Counted from the stretch's first letter, positions 47,344 through 62,095 are shown. The stretch: DNA of 63,808 bases from Paraspadella gotoi (GCA_051294375.1 CM119263.1:25028688-25092495), one strand, 5' to 3'. Notes: generated from the letters alone by a model not told the origin. Made by a program: numbers and translations.

Positions 47344-48896
47344 GAGAGGAGGTGGAAAGGGGAGGGCTCGTGAGGGAGGTGACAATTCATACACTGTACA
47401 TATCTTTATTTTCTTTTTTCGATCATGCGTATTACGGTAATTAAAACTCAAAGCTACATTATTTTTTTTATTGAATGAACGGAAAAACAGACCAAAAAAT
47501 ATTTGTGAGAGCGATCATCAAGTATATATTTCATTCCGTATCTTATTTCTATTTTCTATTTTTTGACTATACTTATTACCCATATATTCTCCGAACCTAT
47601 CATCATGAACTTAAAACTTGAAGAGAAAAAGAAAGTAGTTTACATGTGTTTTTTACTATTTTTGTTCCTCACAAAACCAACGTTTTTATGTTCCGATGTA
47701 GCGAGGTAGTACAAGCACAAGTACAAATTAATCTATTTTAAGTTCTTACAAAATATTTTAAAAAAATTAGTTTTTTTTTTCAGCAAAAATATTTATTTTT
47801 ATTCTCTTTTTAATGTTGGCTAACAAATATTGTACGTCGCGTATAATATATTTAAATAATAAACTGTAACGTTCTAACAAAAACTTTTTTACGTAGATAA
47901 ATGAATAAATAGATGGAGGACAAGTGTAAGATTGTGATTGTGATAAATTGTGACTAGCTTTTCTAAATTGTTTTTTATCTGGTTTTGTAATCATACTTAT
48001 AAAAATAATAATTATTTAGATTACTGTAATTTAAACAGGTCATACATTTTAAAGAACAGATAAGTTTTAGATATTTGTATGAACTTGAAATTTCAAAAAA
48101 AAAAAAAAAAAAATCAAATTAAAAAATAGTGATATGGAAAAGGAAAGACCATATTCACTAATTGCCAAAGCCAAAGACCAATCAATATCAAATTTGTACA
48201 AATAAAATGATAAATGGTTTTGGTTTTTCTACAAAACTTGCTCTCAATTAATAAAATCAATACAGTTTTGCAAATGGCAGCTTTTTTCTAGCGGTGGGTT
48301 TCAAATTGTCACAATGTAGTTCTCTCCAAGAGCTGGTTCTCCAGATCTCCAGGGAGCGATGCAAAAAAGGAAAAAGGGTAAAAAGGTCGCGCGATGCCCT
48401 TCATCGATAAAATGTTTTTGTTTTGCCCTTTTGCGTCATAAACGTTTCGTCGAGGGAAATATTTGGATCAACCCTTGCTCTTCTCTTAAGCCCAGTCTTC
48501 CTTTCTCTTGGATCCCAACGTCCTTCGAGTTTGTTGGCCTCTTTCAGCCTTGCCCAGATCCAAATGCAGCCGTCTTCTTGCTAGTGCTGCCCTCTTCAGA
48601 CATAGAATAAATTTATCCTTTCATTCATCTCCCATTTTACGTACGAATTTTTATTGGCTGTCGTGTGAGATTGTAAACGTTCACCTCTCTTTTTTTTTAG
48701 TCCTGCGCTAGCCTTTCATACTTTTTACTTATTCGTTCTCATCATGAAAGAGAAAACATTTTTAAGAGTTAAAGTAGTAGACGTCCCTCTGATGTACATG
48801 AGAATTCATTTGAAAAACCCTGTTTCCCCTGCCTTTTTTTATCCCGCAATTTTCATATAAAATTAATTTTAATTCGTTTTTGAAATAATAATAATA

Positions 48897-48934
<38 letters not shown>

Positions 48935-49572
48935 CTCTTTTCCTAATTTTTTTTTGAACAAGAGCTCTTTCATTTTTCATCTTATATTTTTACAGTTTCC
49001 GTTGGTGATTGCGTTCCTTTTGTTTTCATTTATCACTTTTCCGCTAGATTCCTCTTTTGTCTTGGTTTTATTACAAATGTGCTCCTCTCCAAAAGGAAGC
49101 GGACGGCGTCGTTGTCGTCGTCGTCCTTGCCATTGTCGTCCTCGTCCTCGCGTTTGTCGTCGTCGTCTCTTCGTGTTTTAAAAGGAATCGTTTGGTCGTC
49201 ATCAAGAAGAGAGATAAAAATAGCAGCGGAAGTCAGATTGGAACAGTCTAAATGATTGTTTTGCTTAGTTTAATTAGGTAAACAATGATACTTTTGGGAG
49301 TAAATATAAAACGGTGTAATTTTTACCATCATATTCTAAATTAAATCAGTGAAGTTGTGATGAATATGCAGGTAAGTATTTTCTGATGAGGTACAGAAAG
49401 GAAATCCAATAAATCAAAAGAAAAAGATTAATTATTTTTCAATAAAACTTCTGTGACGCTTTCTTTGGAATTCAATAAAAAAAAAAAATAAATAAATAAA
49501 TAAAGCCGGAGTGAAAGTTATGCAATGAAGAATGAACACAATTTTTTTTTGAGGTTGTGGCAGCAACCACAC

Positions 49573-49610
<38 letters not shown>

Positions 49611-49675
49611 TCTCTCACCACGTGTGGCAGGAGATGATTACGACACGTCTGTCTCTGTGTCTCTCTCTCTCTGTG

Positions 49676-49777
<102 letters not shown>

Positions 49778-49892
49778 AGTAAAGACTGGCTCATTTTACA
49801 TAATATAGTCAGGTAAAATAGTTTTCTGTTAAAATCCAAAGCGGAGAAAAAACCATTTTTACAACGTATATACAAAACTGTTTAAAAAAAAA

Positions 49893-52800
49893 ATGAATGA
49901 GAAAACTTCTTCGAAAGTAGAAACGGCCACTGCGGTGGCCATTGAGACTCACCCGCCGACGCCACAATCAAGTAAAACTTGTTGAAAATCTATTAGTTAT
50001 TTCTTTCAACTGAAAAATATAAAGTTCTCCTCTTCGGCCTATATTTTTGACAAAAGATGACGCTTCTGAGTCGACGCCTTTGACGCAGTCCGATCCAGCC
50101 TCTTCGATCGCTTCGTCAGAGGCGAAGGCATCCAACTTAGCCACAATTATGAGCATCTTCCGGTCATTTGTCGGCGCCGGAATTCTTTCCCTCCCTTTCG
50201 CTTTCTCCCTTGTCGGCGTTGTCGTCGGCCCCATCGGCAGCCTCTTCATTTACGGCGTCCTCACCCTCGCCTGTTATCAGATTGTCGACGCCGCCAAGCG
50301 GCTCGAGTGAGGGTTATTTTCGATCGTGATTGTTGACAGTTTGATACCAATTTTTTTTGCGAAACAACAATTTTCGGTAGGGGCACTGACCTCGATGACC
50401 TCATTCGATATTAATGATAAAATGGATAATTTTTATACTGGTTTTATCGAATTCTTAAAATTCATCTACTATTTTGATGCTAGAGTACAATTTAGATTCC
50501 CCGATCTAATACTCTTTTCGTACAATTGAAACATTCTTTTAAATATTATACAACTTCATTGCTCGGGAAGCCAGGTACTCTGGGATTGAATAAACGAGAC
50601 TGTGAGAGTCCTGATTTAAAACTTGGAGGACTTAAACCACCAAAGCCTGTCAAAAGTCAGGGGCATGATTGCTTATTTATAAAATGGATGTATAAATTTA
50701 ATACTGATTGAACCAATTTCATAAATAATATCATTAATATCTTAAACAGTACGAAACCTATTCTTTTTTCCCCAGAGATGAATTTAATCTGACGGCGACA
50801 GATATGGGATCCTGCTTTGAAGCCGCCCTCCAAGTTGGGCCCGATTGGATTAGCGACGTTGTCGCCCGGCGAGGCAGACAGTTTGTCAGATTCCTCGCCT
50901 GCATTCCACAGGTCATTTTTGCTGGACCTTACCTCGTCTTCATCGCTAAAAACGTCCAGGTTTGCAGTTTAAATTAGAAATTGAAAAAATTGTTACCCTT
51001 TCCGAATCAAAATAACGCGAGGTTTTAACGTTTGCAACAAGAAAAACGAGAGACAATTTAATTAGATCTATATAATGTTCGTGATCCAGTTTTTTTCCCC
51101 ACTAATTAGTAGTCTAGTGAGCGTTCCGAATTTACGCTTTCAAATAATTCAGCATTTTTAGGATGTGGCGGGATATAATTGGAGCATTCGACTGGTGATC
51201 TTGACCGTGTTCCCGATCGTCGCGGTTCTGGGAACGATCCGCAGCGTCAAGTTTCTCAGCGCCATCTCCTCTGTCGGCAATTTCGTCTTTTCCATTGGCT
51301 TCTTCATTGTTATGCAATGTATAGCTCAGGAACCTCTCAAATTTCAAGTAAATCTTCATTCTATCTGAAAATATGGTGTGTCAAAAATAATAAAATAAAA
51401 ATATAGGTCAAATGAGTAGTTTGATGTGAAAACTTTTTTTTATAAGTAAAATATTATACATTTTATGATGAAAAATAATATTTATTAAATGAATGGATAA
51501 TTTTTATATTGGTTGTACCAATTTCATATTAAAGTAATTCCCATTAACAATTGAATTTGGCCGGCCGGCCACGGCACAGTATAGTATAGTATCAGCGGAA
51601 CAATAAGAGGATTTTCTTGCCTCAACAGGAGTTGACCGTCGTTCCGAAAATCGTTAATGTTCCCAAATTCATCGCCCTCGTCATTTTCTCCTACGAAGGC
51701 ATTGTACCTTTGCTGCACTTGCGAGCAAAGTTGCGGCGGCCTAATGAGATGCTGGGCTGTAACGGCGTTCTTCTCACTATTCTCCACGTCATCATCACCA
51801 TTTATTGGGCAATGGGATTTTTAGGGTTAAGATTTGAATTGAATTCTCAGATGCTGGTGGCTTTCCGTTTTAAAGCTGTTTTATTGGCACTACCCCGTGT
51901 CCGTTCGCGAGTGACACCAAAAAAATCTTTACTATACTTTAAATATTTAATAAACATAATTTATAATTATATTATTAGTTGGAAAACTACTTGACGTTTT
52001 TTATGTATAAGTTTCATTTCGTGTTTAATTCATTTACTATTCTTTGTTTAATTTTTTATCTAACACAGTAAAATTGGCAAAAAAAGACTATTTTAGGCAT
52101 ATTCTTGATTGAATTTAAAAAAATATATACATCATAAGAAATCCATATTAATGGTCTAATCAATGGCGTATCTGAATTACCGTAATGTTGAGTAATTTTT
52201 TAGTAATGATTTTTTATTTATTTTTTTAATTGTAAATCTTAAGTTTCTGGTGGTCCTATCACCACAGATGGATTAAAGCTGTTTCTTTCGCAGCGCCTCA
52301 GTGGCTCAGTGGACTAATGCACCATCCCAATGTGCGTCCCTGGTTCGAGCCCTGAGGTTGTCATGTAGAAAGTGGGATGGACCGGGTAACCCGCCTGTAA
52401 GCATGGGCCTACTGCCAGATCCAAAGCTCTGGACTACATGAACATGCTGTCTCGCTGTCGCTACGAGGTGACACCGCTGCGGGTGTGGCGCCCTGTAAAA
52501 CCAGCCTCTTCAAGTTTTCTTTATACAATTCGTCCAATTAGAAAACAATTCTGTCCTGAGCATGTTCTTGACTGTTTTGAATAATTATTTTATATCGTAA
52601 GGATTCCCAGATAATTCTTAATTTAATGGTGTAAATGAATTTTAATAATTTTAAGTATTTAATGAATAATTAATTTATAATGATTTTCTTTTTATAAAAG
52701 ATTCAGTTTTTTACTGAAGATGAAATTGAATGACCATTAAAGAAAAGTTGTTTTATATAAGTAAATATCAAATTAATCTTATGAAATTAAGTACTTTGCT

Positions 52801-53854
52801 ACAGAAAGAGGAAAAAAAATTTAACAAATATTTATCCAATGAGAAATGGTACGCATTTTTTTGGTGTCACTCGCGAACGGACACGGGGTATGAAGTAGTA
52901 AATATTAACTATTTTGTATTAATTTCTCAGCGAAAAGCTATCGTTATTTAAAAGTGATAAACATTACTAGTTGATCAATCTATCTCAGATACCTAAAGTA
53001 TGGACCGGATACGGCCTCCACAATCACTCTTAATCTTCCTAAAGAACCACTTTACGATTCCCTGCGCATCATCTACAGCCTTGTCTTACTTACATCCTTC
53101 CCGGTCAACATGTTGCCCGTTGTTGACATCGTGTAATATTTTTAGTCGGATCTGCTTATCAGCAGATCCCGACTCTATAATTCAATTTATCGGTCCGCCC
53201 CCTCAATATTGTCGGGCACTCACTTATATGATGTCAGAACATTGAATTATGATAAATTATGCAAAAAAAAAAAATGATGCCCTCCGTCCGTCTGTCTGTC
53301 AGTCAATTTGATCCCAAATAACTGACTTATTAATTAATTATTAATTATTTAATTATTAATTAATCAATTAATTACCGATAATGATCGTGGGCAGATCCGA
53401 CATTGTTTGCTCAAACTTGTTTTTTAAATATTAATAGTTTTTTATATATATTTATGCATCTAACAAAATTAATAATTTTCCTTTTTTTATACATAGTTTC
53501 TATGAGAACATTTTAGCCAAACTACCCGTCCGCCTGCAACGATCCCCAATACTGTCAGAGATGACCTTCCGCTTCTTCCTCATCATCATCTACTTCATTC
53601 CTCCACTCGCGTATCCGTCATTGAGCAACCTCATGGCTTTCGTCGGCACAGTGGCGGGCATCCCTCTATCGGTGATGTTGCCCAACCTGGTGCAGCTCCT
53701 TGTACGCTATCGGCGACGAGACTATGGACCCAAATGGATTCTGCTCTACTTTTACTGTTTCGTCGTCGTCGTTTCCATTGCTCTGGTCGTTATTGGTGTC
53801 GCTGACACCGTCATCGATATGATCCACTTTTATGAGAAAAAAGGGAGAGGGTAA
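49893..53854 (+). CDS. SLC36-like amino acid transporter paralog 2, 7 exons
   Basis: SNLATIMSIFRSFVGAGILSLPFAFSLVG, FSYEGIVPLLHLRAKLRRPNEMLGCNGVL, YLKYGPDTASTITLNLP; same intron positions as paralog 1. Confidence 0.92.
51893..52888. mobile_element. Tc1/mariner-type MITE in an intron of SLC36 paralog 2
   Basis: Perfect ~32-bp TIR CCCCGTGTCCGTTCGCGAGTGACACCAAAAAA and its reverse complement, flanked by TA on both sides. Confidence 0.88.
52291..52513 (+). mobile_element. tRNA-derived SINE, family B, nested in a Tc1/mariner-type MITE
   Basis: Canonical A box TGGCTCAGTGG and B box GGTTCGAGCCC; core ACCCGCCTGTAA...GATCCAAAGCTC shared with family A; 3' end CTCTTCAA. Confidence 0.75.
53138..53425 (+). 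mobile_element. DINE-1/HINE-like non-autonomous Helentron
   Basis: 5' subTIR GTCGGATCTGC (53145) with adjacent inverted copy GCAGATCCCGAC, GTCY microsatellite (53284-53300), 3' subTIR GCAGATCCGAC (53391), short hairpin GTTTGCTCAAAC, T-runs at both ends. Confidence 0.7.
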
Positions 53855-55264
53855 TACTTAAAGGGATACTCATTATGATTGTGAAATTGCTTATTGTTTA
53901 AATATAGTGAGAATATTCAATCAAACAGAAAGTTATAACTCGATTCATTTGCTAAAATTAACCAAAGAGATAGGCCATCAAGGGAAAGATGTAAAAGAAT
54001 TAATAGTCGTAGTTGAAGGTCGTAGGAAGGCACCTCCGTGTATGAATTTTAGATTATACAATTTACAATATACATGGTCATAATTAATATAGACGAATAG
54101 ACTGGTAGTTTGAAGTGACATTTGTTTAGACTTACCTTTGGAGCCCCTCAGTCAGTGATAGTGCCCTCTCTTACCCCATGTGGTAAGTTAGAAGCCAGAT
54201 TTTGGACGCCACGCTATGAAGCCCCCTCCTCCCTTTGTTCTCTCTGGGCTTCCTCTCTACCTCGTGCTCTCTTCTCTCTTTCCCTCTCTACCCTATGCTC
54301 CTGCCTCTAAGAACTCTTTGTCTAGATGGCGTTAAGGCTGATATACAGGCACGTCATCTAGATTGATACGAAAAGACTTGTAATATTTAATTATAAAATT
54401 TTTTCATACTAATAGAAAAATACTTGACTTTTTTTCCCGGCAATTCGTAACATTCTAGCTAGGATAGTTGCTATGTCATAAACATTTTCCTCAGAGGGTA
54501 AATTTCTGAAGAAGCATTTTTTAGTTACGCCTGGACCGAAACCGTAAATATCTACAACAACGACAACATCTCGCTAAGCGAGTGGAGAGCTTACGATCGA
54601 AAATATAATGACAACTAAGTTACGGTTGAATATCAGCTATGTTATAGCTTTGAACTTTTACTGTATGGAATAAAGAACTTTATTTTTTCTTTAATTCACC
54701 TTGTTTTAAAATCAGTCAGGAATCTCGCATGACAGCCGTAAATTGCTTAACCGGTTTGAGTGGTATTTAAACGGCATAAAAATCCAGAAAAGTTATGTAA
54801 TTATAGAATGAACGAAGAATGATAATCTTTATTTTTTTCATACTTTGAATTTCTCAACACTAGCATTATACGGGTATTTTGTACGTCACAAGATCAAAAA
54901 ATTAGAAGCCCGCACAAACTATTACATTAAACTGGCGCAACTAAGTCTGCTTAACCTTGTGGTAGCAAGAAAAGAACTTCGTCTGCGATGTTTTCAATTG
55001 ATGACTCATAATAATGACTCCGATATTCCGTCTTATGGCAAAAGTTATGGCAAAAATCCTGCAAAGTTGAATTGGAAAAAAAAAACATTCCTATTTTTTT
55101 TTAATAATTTTAATTTATAGATTTAATTATATAATTCTAATTTACCTAAGATTATTTAGAATGCCATTGGAATAAAAATTTAAAAAAATAGAAAAGTACG
55201 TATGAAAAATCGTCTTTCCCTAATAAAAAAAATTATTCTAAGACAAGTTTTTTGGGAAGTCAAA

Positions 55265-57622
55265 ATGCCCGCTGCGGAGGACATTAGGACTTTTCCGCCA
55301 TCACCACCGTCGGGTAAATTAATCAGCGTATTAATTAATTCAAGCGTTATTGTAATTGTTATCTGGTAATTTTTTTTAAATTCACCTCCTCTCCTTTTTT
55401 TTCGACGACTCATAAGAAGCCAACGCTTCCGAATCCACCCCCTTGGTGCAAACTCTGCGCAGCCCGCCAGACCCAGCCGGCTCGTCCGAGGCAACATCCT
55501 CCAACTTGGCGACCATCATGAGCATCTTCCGGTCTTTCGTTGGCGCCGGGATTCTCTCTCTCCCTTTTGCTTTCTCCCTCGTTGGCATCGTCGTTGGCCC
55601 TATCGGTTGCCTCCTTGTTTTGGGCCTCCTCACTCTGTGCTGCTATCAAATTGTTGATGCTGCAAAGCGGCTCGAGTGAGCGTTGTTGTTGTTTTGAATA
55701 TCAACATTTTTTTTGAGCCCAACAAATAACCAAACTAAATGATCCTGTTAAAACGATAAAACTATAAATGCTGTTGGCCATTGAACGATATTGTTTCCTC
55801 AGAGACGAGTTCGAACTGACAGCAACGGACCTGGGATCCTGCTTGGAAGCCGCCCTACGAGTGGGGCCTGCTTGGATCAGCGACGTTGTTGCTCGACGAA
55901 GTAAAAAATTTGTTCAAGTCATCGCCTGCATTCCGCAGATCATTTTCGCCGGACCATATCTTGTCTTCATTGCTGAAAACGTTCGGGTAAGAAATTAAAT
56001 GGAAATGAATTAACTTTTTATTAGTGACATTGATATGAAGGTTCCGTTTTAAGCTTTTAATTACCAAATTCATGTCAACTAATTAATCAATTAAGCAATG
56101 CTGAGAAGGTTGAGCGTTAAAAAGTTAACCTCATAATATGACCTAAACAAGAAAAAAGAAGATCAGTGATAAGTAAAAAATAGTTTTTCTCGTTAAATAT
56201 TTTTTTTGCGTCTTTAGAGAAAAATCATCCTTTATAAAATCATCTTTTTCAATGCCGGAATTACTTCAATTTGCTTTATCTTGATTATCATTCCAAGCTT
56301 GATATGAATCCGTATTTTTCCAGTACGCAACAGGATTGAATTGGCGCAATCGGGTCCTGATCTTGTCGGCGTTCCCGATTGTGGCTGTTCTTGGATCAAT
56401 TCGCAGCAACAAGTTTCTCAGTTTTATCTCTACCGTCGGCAACTTAGTCTTTGTCGTTGGTTTTTTCATTGTCATGCAATGCATCGCTCAGGAACCATTG
56501 CGTTTTCAAGTAAATAAAATTAAATATTCAATATTGTGTTAATTAGATTCAGATTGTTTTACTTTCAGACTTCACTTATGGTGAATTATGTAAATTATAT
56601 ACTATATCTATATCTATACTCTATCTGTATGTTGTATGTTAAAAAGTATTTGAAAAAATCTGCTGTTGTCAAACAGGAGCTGACCATCATTCCTTCTATC
56701 ATCAAAATCCCCAAATTCATCGCTCTTGTCATCTACACCTACGAGGGCATCGTTCCCTTGCTGCACCTTCGAGCAAAAATGCGGCGTCCCAACGAAATGC
56801 TGGGTTTCAACGGCGTTCTTCTCACAATTCTCCACTTGATCATCATCATATATTTGGCGATGGCATTCTTAGGGTCTGGACACATTGATAAATAGTTATT
56901 TAAATTTTGAGTTTTCAGATTTAGTCCTTTTTTAAGTAGTGAAAAACTGAAGTTTTAAAAAGACGAAGAAGTATTTACATACAATAATAATCTTTGTGCT
57001 CAGCTCTTGGCTTTAGCACGAATACCTTTTTTATCCACTTTCAGTTACTTAAAGTATGGACCGGATACGGCCGCCACGATCACTCTCAATCTACCCAAAG
57101 AACCACTTTACGATTCCCTGCGCATCATCTTTAGCCTCGTCTTGCTAACCTCTTTTCCCGTCAACATGTTGCCAGTTGTTGATATCGTGTAATGCTATTT
57201 CCACATTCTTTATATCATTTAATTTTAATATAATTTAAATAGATAAGTAAAGTTTTTTTTCTCCTAGTTTCCACAAGCACCTTTTTGACAAACTGCCCGT
57301 CCGCTTCCAACAATCCCCGCTTCTCTCCGAGATGACCTTCCGCTTTCTCCTCGTCGTGCTATATTTTATTCCTCCGATCGCATATCCCTCCCTGGGAAAC
57401 CTAATGGCTCTCATCGGCACGGTGACGGGGATCCCATTGGCGGTCGTGCTGCCCAACGTGGTGCAGTTGCTCGTCCGCTATCCGCGACGAGATTTTGGAC
57501 CAAAACGAATTCTGCTATACTTTCACTTGTTTGTCGTCGTCGTCGCCGTCTGTCTCGTCGTCATCGGCGTCGTCGTTAGCGTCATAGATATGATCAACTT
57601 TTACGAGAATGAACACTTTTGA
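55265..57622 (+). CDS. SLC36-like amino acid transporter paralog 3, 7 exons
   Basis: SNLATIMSIFRSFVGAGILSLPFAFSLVG, YTYEGIVPLLHLRAKMRRPNEMLGFNGVL, YLKYGPDTAATITLNLPKEP; closest to paralog 2. Confidence 0.92.
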
Positions 57623-58677
57623 ACAGGCACGGTAATAATGTTTAAATTTAAAAACGTTTTAATTTACGTACCGCTAATGATTATGCAATGCATGATATTA
57701 TACGTAAATTATTCGAGGTAAATATACTTCTATCTTTTTATTTACGTAATTCTTTGGGAATTTAGTATAATAAAAAAAGCCAAATGAAAATACAATCTTG
57801 AGGTGGTATCGAAACTTTAAAGGTCTATATAAACCCTTGACCGGCCGGGGGGGGGGGAGATAGAAAAGGATAACCCACTGCCCACTGCCCACTCATCACG
57901 AGAAATAACGCAACAGAAAGTCACGATTTCGTCACGTCAAATATCAAAGTCCAGAGTTCATCTCTCGCGATGTTTATCTTGAAAAAGAAAAGAAAAAACG
58001 TCTTCTCTTTCGATTGATCAGATTTGTAAGTATGTTGTTAAATGTTAAGGCAGCTCGGAACAACTTTACTCAACTTTTTAAAAAAATTTAATAAACTTTT
58101 GAGGAAATCGATCTAAAGTTTATTCTTTTATCTTTCAAGAAAATTAATTGAATGATAGTTAAAAAAATCTTATCTATTTGTATAATTTCTTTTTGCGTGT
58201 AGAACTTAATATCAAACCATTCGATCTCGAAAACTTGGTAGTATCGTTCTGATCAGATAAATAGCAATTTTCTCGACTCGAATTTTAAGATTCCAAAATC
58301 CTGGATCAAAAGTACATTCGCGATCTGTTCTGAGCCGAAATTAATTTCGGCCCTTCTTTTGTGGATCTGAAAATTTTTTTTCTCAGCGATCGGGTTCTCT
58401 AATCTCTATTTCGTTAATTATTTATAAATTAATATCCTCTAAAAAAGGATTTGTTCCGCCAGGAAATATTTAATTAAACTCGAAATCATCTCGCCCAGTT
58501 AACAAATCAGGTAAACACAAATTACATGCTAAGAAAATAGGCCAAATAAAAAAACTGAGAGAAGCAACCTGGAAATTCCACTTGAGATCCGCTGAATGCT
58601 TCTATTTTTTTTTCCAAGATATTTTGTGTTCATTTGTTTTCCTATTTTCTCTTTTCTCGTTCAGATTCTAAAAAAAA

Positions 58678-59886
58678 ATGAATCCCGAGGTCGTCGTCAG
58701 TGAAGATCCCAATTCCAGCGATGAGAGACGCTACCTGCTCGGATCGGGGAAGGGCCAGAAGCGCTCTCCGATGGGGAAGAACAACAGACGCTATTTGCAA
58801 GAGGCGGAGAGGGACGAAGGCTACGAGGGATCAGCTGTGGCGTCGGGGAAGAGACCCGCCGATGAAGAATCCTTGCAAAAAGGTCGGTAACATGACAAAT
58901 GCACAAGAAATTTATTGTCACATTGGCGGCTGTATTGGGTTAAAGATTCGATGATTAAAAACGCACAACGATTTTCATCCTAGCAGATTCGGACGCCTCC
59001 TCCAGTAGCGAATCTAAAGCATCAAACTTAGCGACGATGATGTGTATCTTCCGGACTTTCGTCGGCGCCGGAATTCTTTCCCTCCCCTTCGCCTTCACCT
59101 TGGCCGGCGTGGCTCTCGGCCCGATCGGCACCCTCGCCGTCCTGGGGTTTCTCACCTTTGGCTGCTACGGGATAATTGATGCCGCGAGGAGAATGGAGTA
59201 AGTCTTATTCTAGATTTGGTTTTATTATTGTTTAATGTTTTATATTTGTCACCTTTTCTTCCTATATTATTACATTTTTAAAGTAATGAAAAAATGTAAT
59301 TTTTCTCAGTTGTTGTTGCGATTGCAAAAATATTTCACAAAACTTTTCCCCAAATCTTTCCACGATAGGGAAGAGGCCGGCATCCAAGTGAGCGATTTAG
59401 GTTCGTGCCTCGAAGCTGCCCTCAACGTGGGCCCCGACTGCTTCGGCGAGACGTTGGCGCGGAGAGCGAGGAAGTCCCTCAACGCCTTGGTCTGCGTCCC
59501 GCAGGTCGTCTTCGCGGGACCTTACCTTCTCTTCATCGCCAAGAATGTCAAGGTAGGGGATAAAGGTAGTTCTGTAATATAACTTTCTCTTTTTCATTAT
59601 ATACTAAATCAATTTGTGCTAATCCCAGGAAGTAGCCAACTTGACTTGGGACGACCGAATTGTGATCATGATGATCTTTCCCCTGGTGGTGATTCTCGGA
59701 ACTATCCGTAGCACTCGCTTTCTCGGACTCATCTCCTCAGCCGGCAACGTCATCTTCGCCATCGGATTCTGCATTGTTTTGGAAGGAGTCGTGCAAGACC
59801 CGTTGCCCATCGGGGTGAGAGATTGATCGATTGTTGGAGTCATTAATTGGTTAATTGATTTATTAGTATTTAATTGAATTAGATAT

Positions 59887-59917
<31 letters not shown>

Positions 59918-60097
59918 TTTNNNNNNNNNNNNNNNNNNNNNNNNNATATTTATTTTTTTTTTATTATTTTATTTATTTATTTATTTATTTATTTTATTTA
60001 TTTATTTTATTTATTTATTTTTTTTATTTATTTATTTATTTATTTATTTATTTTTTTATTTATTTATTTATTTATTATTATTTATTTATTTTTTATT

Positions 60098-60169
<72 letters not shown>

Positions 60170-61394
60170 TTCTTTCTTTCTTCGATTCACTTTCCCTCTC
60201 TCTAATTTTTCCCTCCCAGGATCTTCCTCTCATCACGAGCGAAGCACTGGCCCAAGTTCATCTCCCTTTGGCATCTACACGTTCGAGGGCATCATCCCCA
60301 TTGCTGCACCTGCGGGCGAGGATGCGGCACCGAAGGACATTGCTTGGCTGGAACGGCGTCTTGCACTCTTGCTCAACCTGATCCATGATCCTCTACGTCA
60401 CCATGGGATTCTTCGGGTGGTAAACTACACTTCCTTAATAAGTTAAACGTTTAAATGTCGTTGTACCATTACCGTCACTTTTACTGTCATTATCACCACC
60501 AGATACTTGAAATACCGGGAACGACGTGAGCAAAACGATCACGCTGAATCTCCCGCGGCGTCCGCTCTACGATTCCTGCGCTATTATATTCAGCTGCGTC
60601 CTCGTTCACGTCTCGTTTCCAGATGCAAATGATCCTATCGTGGAAATAGTGTAAGGAGATCATGGGCACTGGGCGTCTAACAATAACCGTTATTGGAAGT
60701 TAATCAAGTGTGAGAATAATGTTCAACGGCAAAATCATGTTTAGCTTTAAATATTTTATTTGTTGGTTGTTTGTTAAAGAGCACGCCGGATGTCACGAAA
60801 ATGAAAGTGTCGTCCGGTTTTATTCCTCTCTCAATCATTGCACTTTGCAGGCATTTGCCAGTATTTAAACAAAGGCATCATAGCGTGACTATCCAGAGAT
60901 TCTTGTTTTTCAATTCTCTCAATAAAATAATTCCTTCTACCTCCAACCCCAACGCCGAACTCACCCCTCTTCCCACACTTTCCTTCCATCCCAGCTACCG
61001 CACACCTGCCACTCTCAACACTCCCTCTTCCTTCCTCCGACGCTTCCCCTCCTCCCCGACGCTGCATCTTTTCCCGCCATTTCTCTCTCGTCGTCGTCTA
61101 TCTTCGGTTCCTCCTCCTCGTATTATCCGTCCTCATCGGACCAACCTATGTCAGTCTTCTTCGGCGACCATCACGGGAAGTGCCTTCTTTCGCGTCGCTC
61201 CGTTAGCTCTGCCCCTCCCAGTTGATCTCGTCCAGTTGCTCGTCCGCCATTCTGCTGCGGGCGACTACCGGACCCAAGAGGATCCTCTTTTCGGTCTTCT
61301 CTTCGTGTCATCTTCTGTCTCATCACGGTCTGCGTCTTCGGATCGTCGACTGCGCGTCGTCTCGACATGATCAGCTTTTACAAGAGGAATTTGA
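58678..61394 (+). CDS. SLC36-like amino acid transporter paralog 4; 3' exons (after the N gap) riddled with indels
   Basis: Clean exons 58678-~58866, ~58984-59198, ~59369-59552, ~59629-59814 (SNLATMMCIFRTFVGAGILSLPFAF). Exons in 60220-61394 are homologous but frameshifted, probably from read errors. Confidence 0.8.
59885..60182. repeat. (TTTA)n/(TTTC)n microsatellite with an internal N gap
   Basis: Direct reading; N run at 59921-59945. Confidence 0.95.
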
Positions 61395-62095
61395 CCGCAG
61401 ATGTGACAGAATGACCAATGACGACATTGATCGCCTTCTTCATGAAGATTGAGATGACGGGAAAACATGACGAAATGACGACATTGATCGCTTTTATTCC
61501 ATGGATTACGCGATGACGGAAACGATGACGACAATGACGACATGATCGCCTTTTATCGAGGATTGACAGTATGAATGATGACAATGACAATGACGACATG
61601 TCGCTTTTATCGATGGGATTGACGATGACGAAACACGATGACGACAATGACGACAAGCGTCGCCTTTTAACCGAGGATTGAGATGACCGGAAAACGATGA
61701 CGACAATGACGACAGTTCGCCTTTTTAACAGGATTTGATGAGTGAAAAACGATTCGAACGACAATGACGCACATGATCGCCTTTTAGGGATTGACAGATG
61801 ACGAAAACGATGATGCGAATGGACGACAATAAGTCGCCTTTTTACGAGGTTAATTTGATTGATGAAAACTGTGATAGAAGACCAAATGTGTACGACATAT
61901 CGCCTTTTACAAGGATTGCATAGATGACGAAAAAACGAACGGACAGTGAACACATGGTCGCCTTTTACGAGAGATTGACGATAGATGATGACCAATGACA
62001 AGACGACATGGTCGCCTTTAGTAGGATTGAGGATGACAAGACATGACGATGACGACGGTCGCCCTTGAAGGCGGAGAAGTTGACGACAATGATGA
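61395..62095. repeat. ~60-bp tandem repeat (ATCGCCTTTT..GAGGATTGACGATGACGAAAACGATGACGACAATGACGAC), error-rich
   Basis: About 11 imperfect head-to-tail units anchored by CGCCTTTT at ~60-bp spacing; no unique spacers. Confidence 0.8.

Noticed and set aside
49383-49405. Additional hammerhead at CTGATGAGGTACAGAAAGGAAA
   Set aside because: No stem II pairing and no stem III/cleavage triplet.
52291-52365. Functional tRNA gene
   Set aside because: A/B boxes are present but there is no convincing cloverleaf, and it continues into a SINE body and tail.
61395-62095. CRISPR-like periodic array / 207-aa ORF 61378-62001
   Set aside because: Whole units repeat with no unique spacers, there are no cas genes and the context is eukaryotic; the ORF is a by-product of the tandem repeat.
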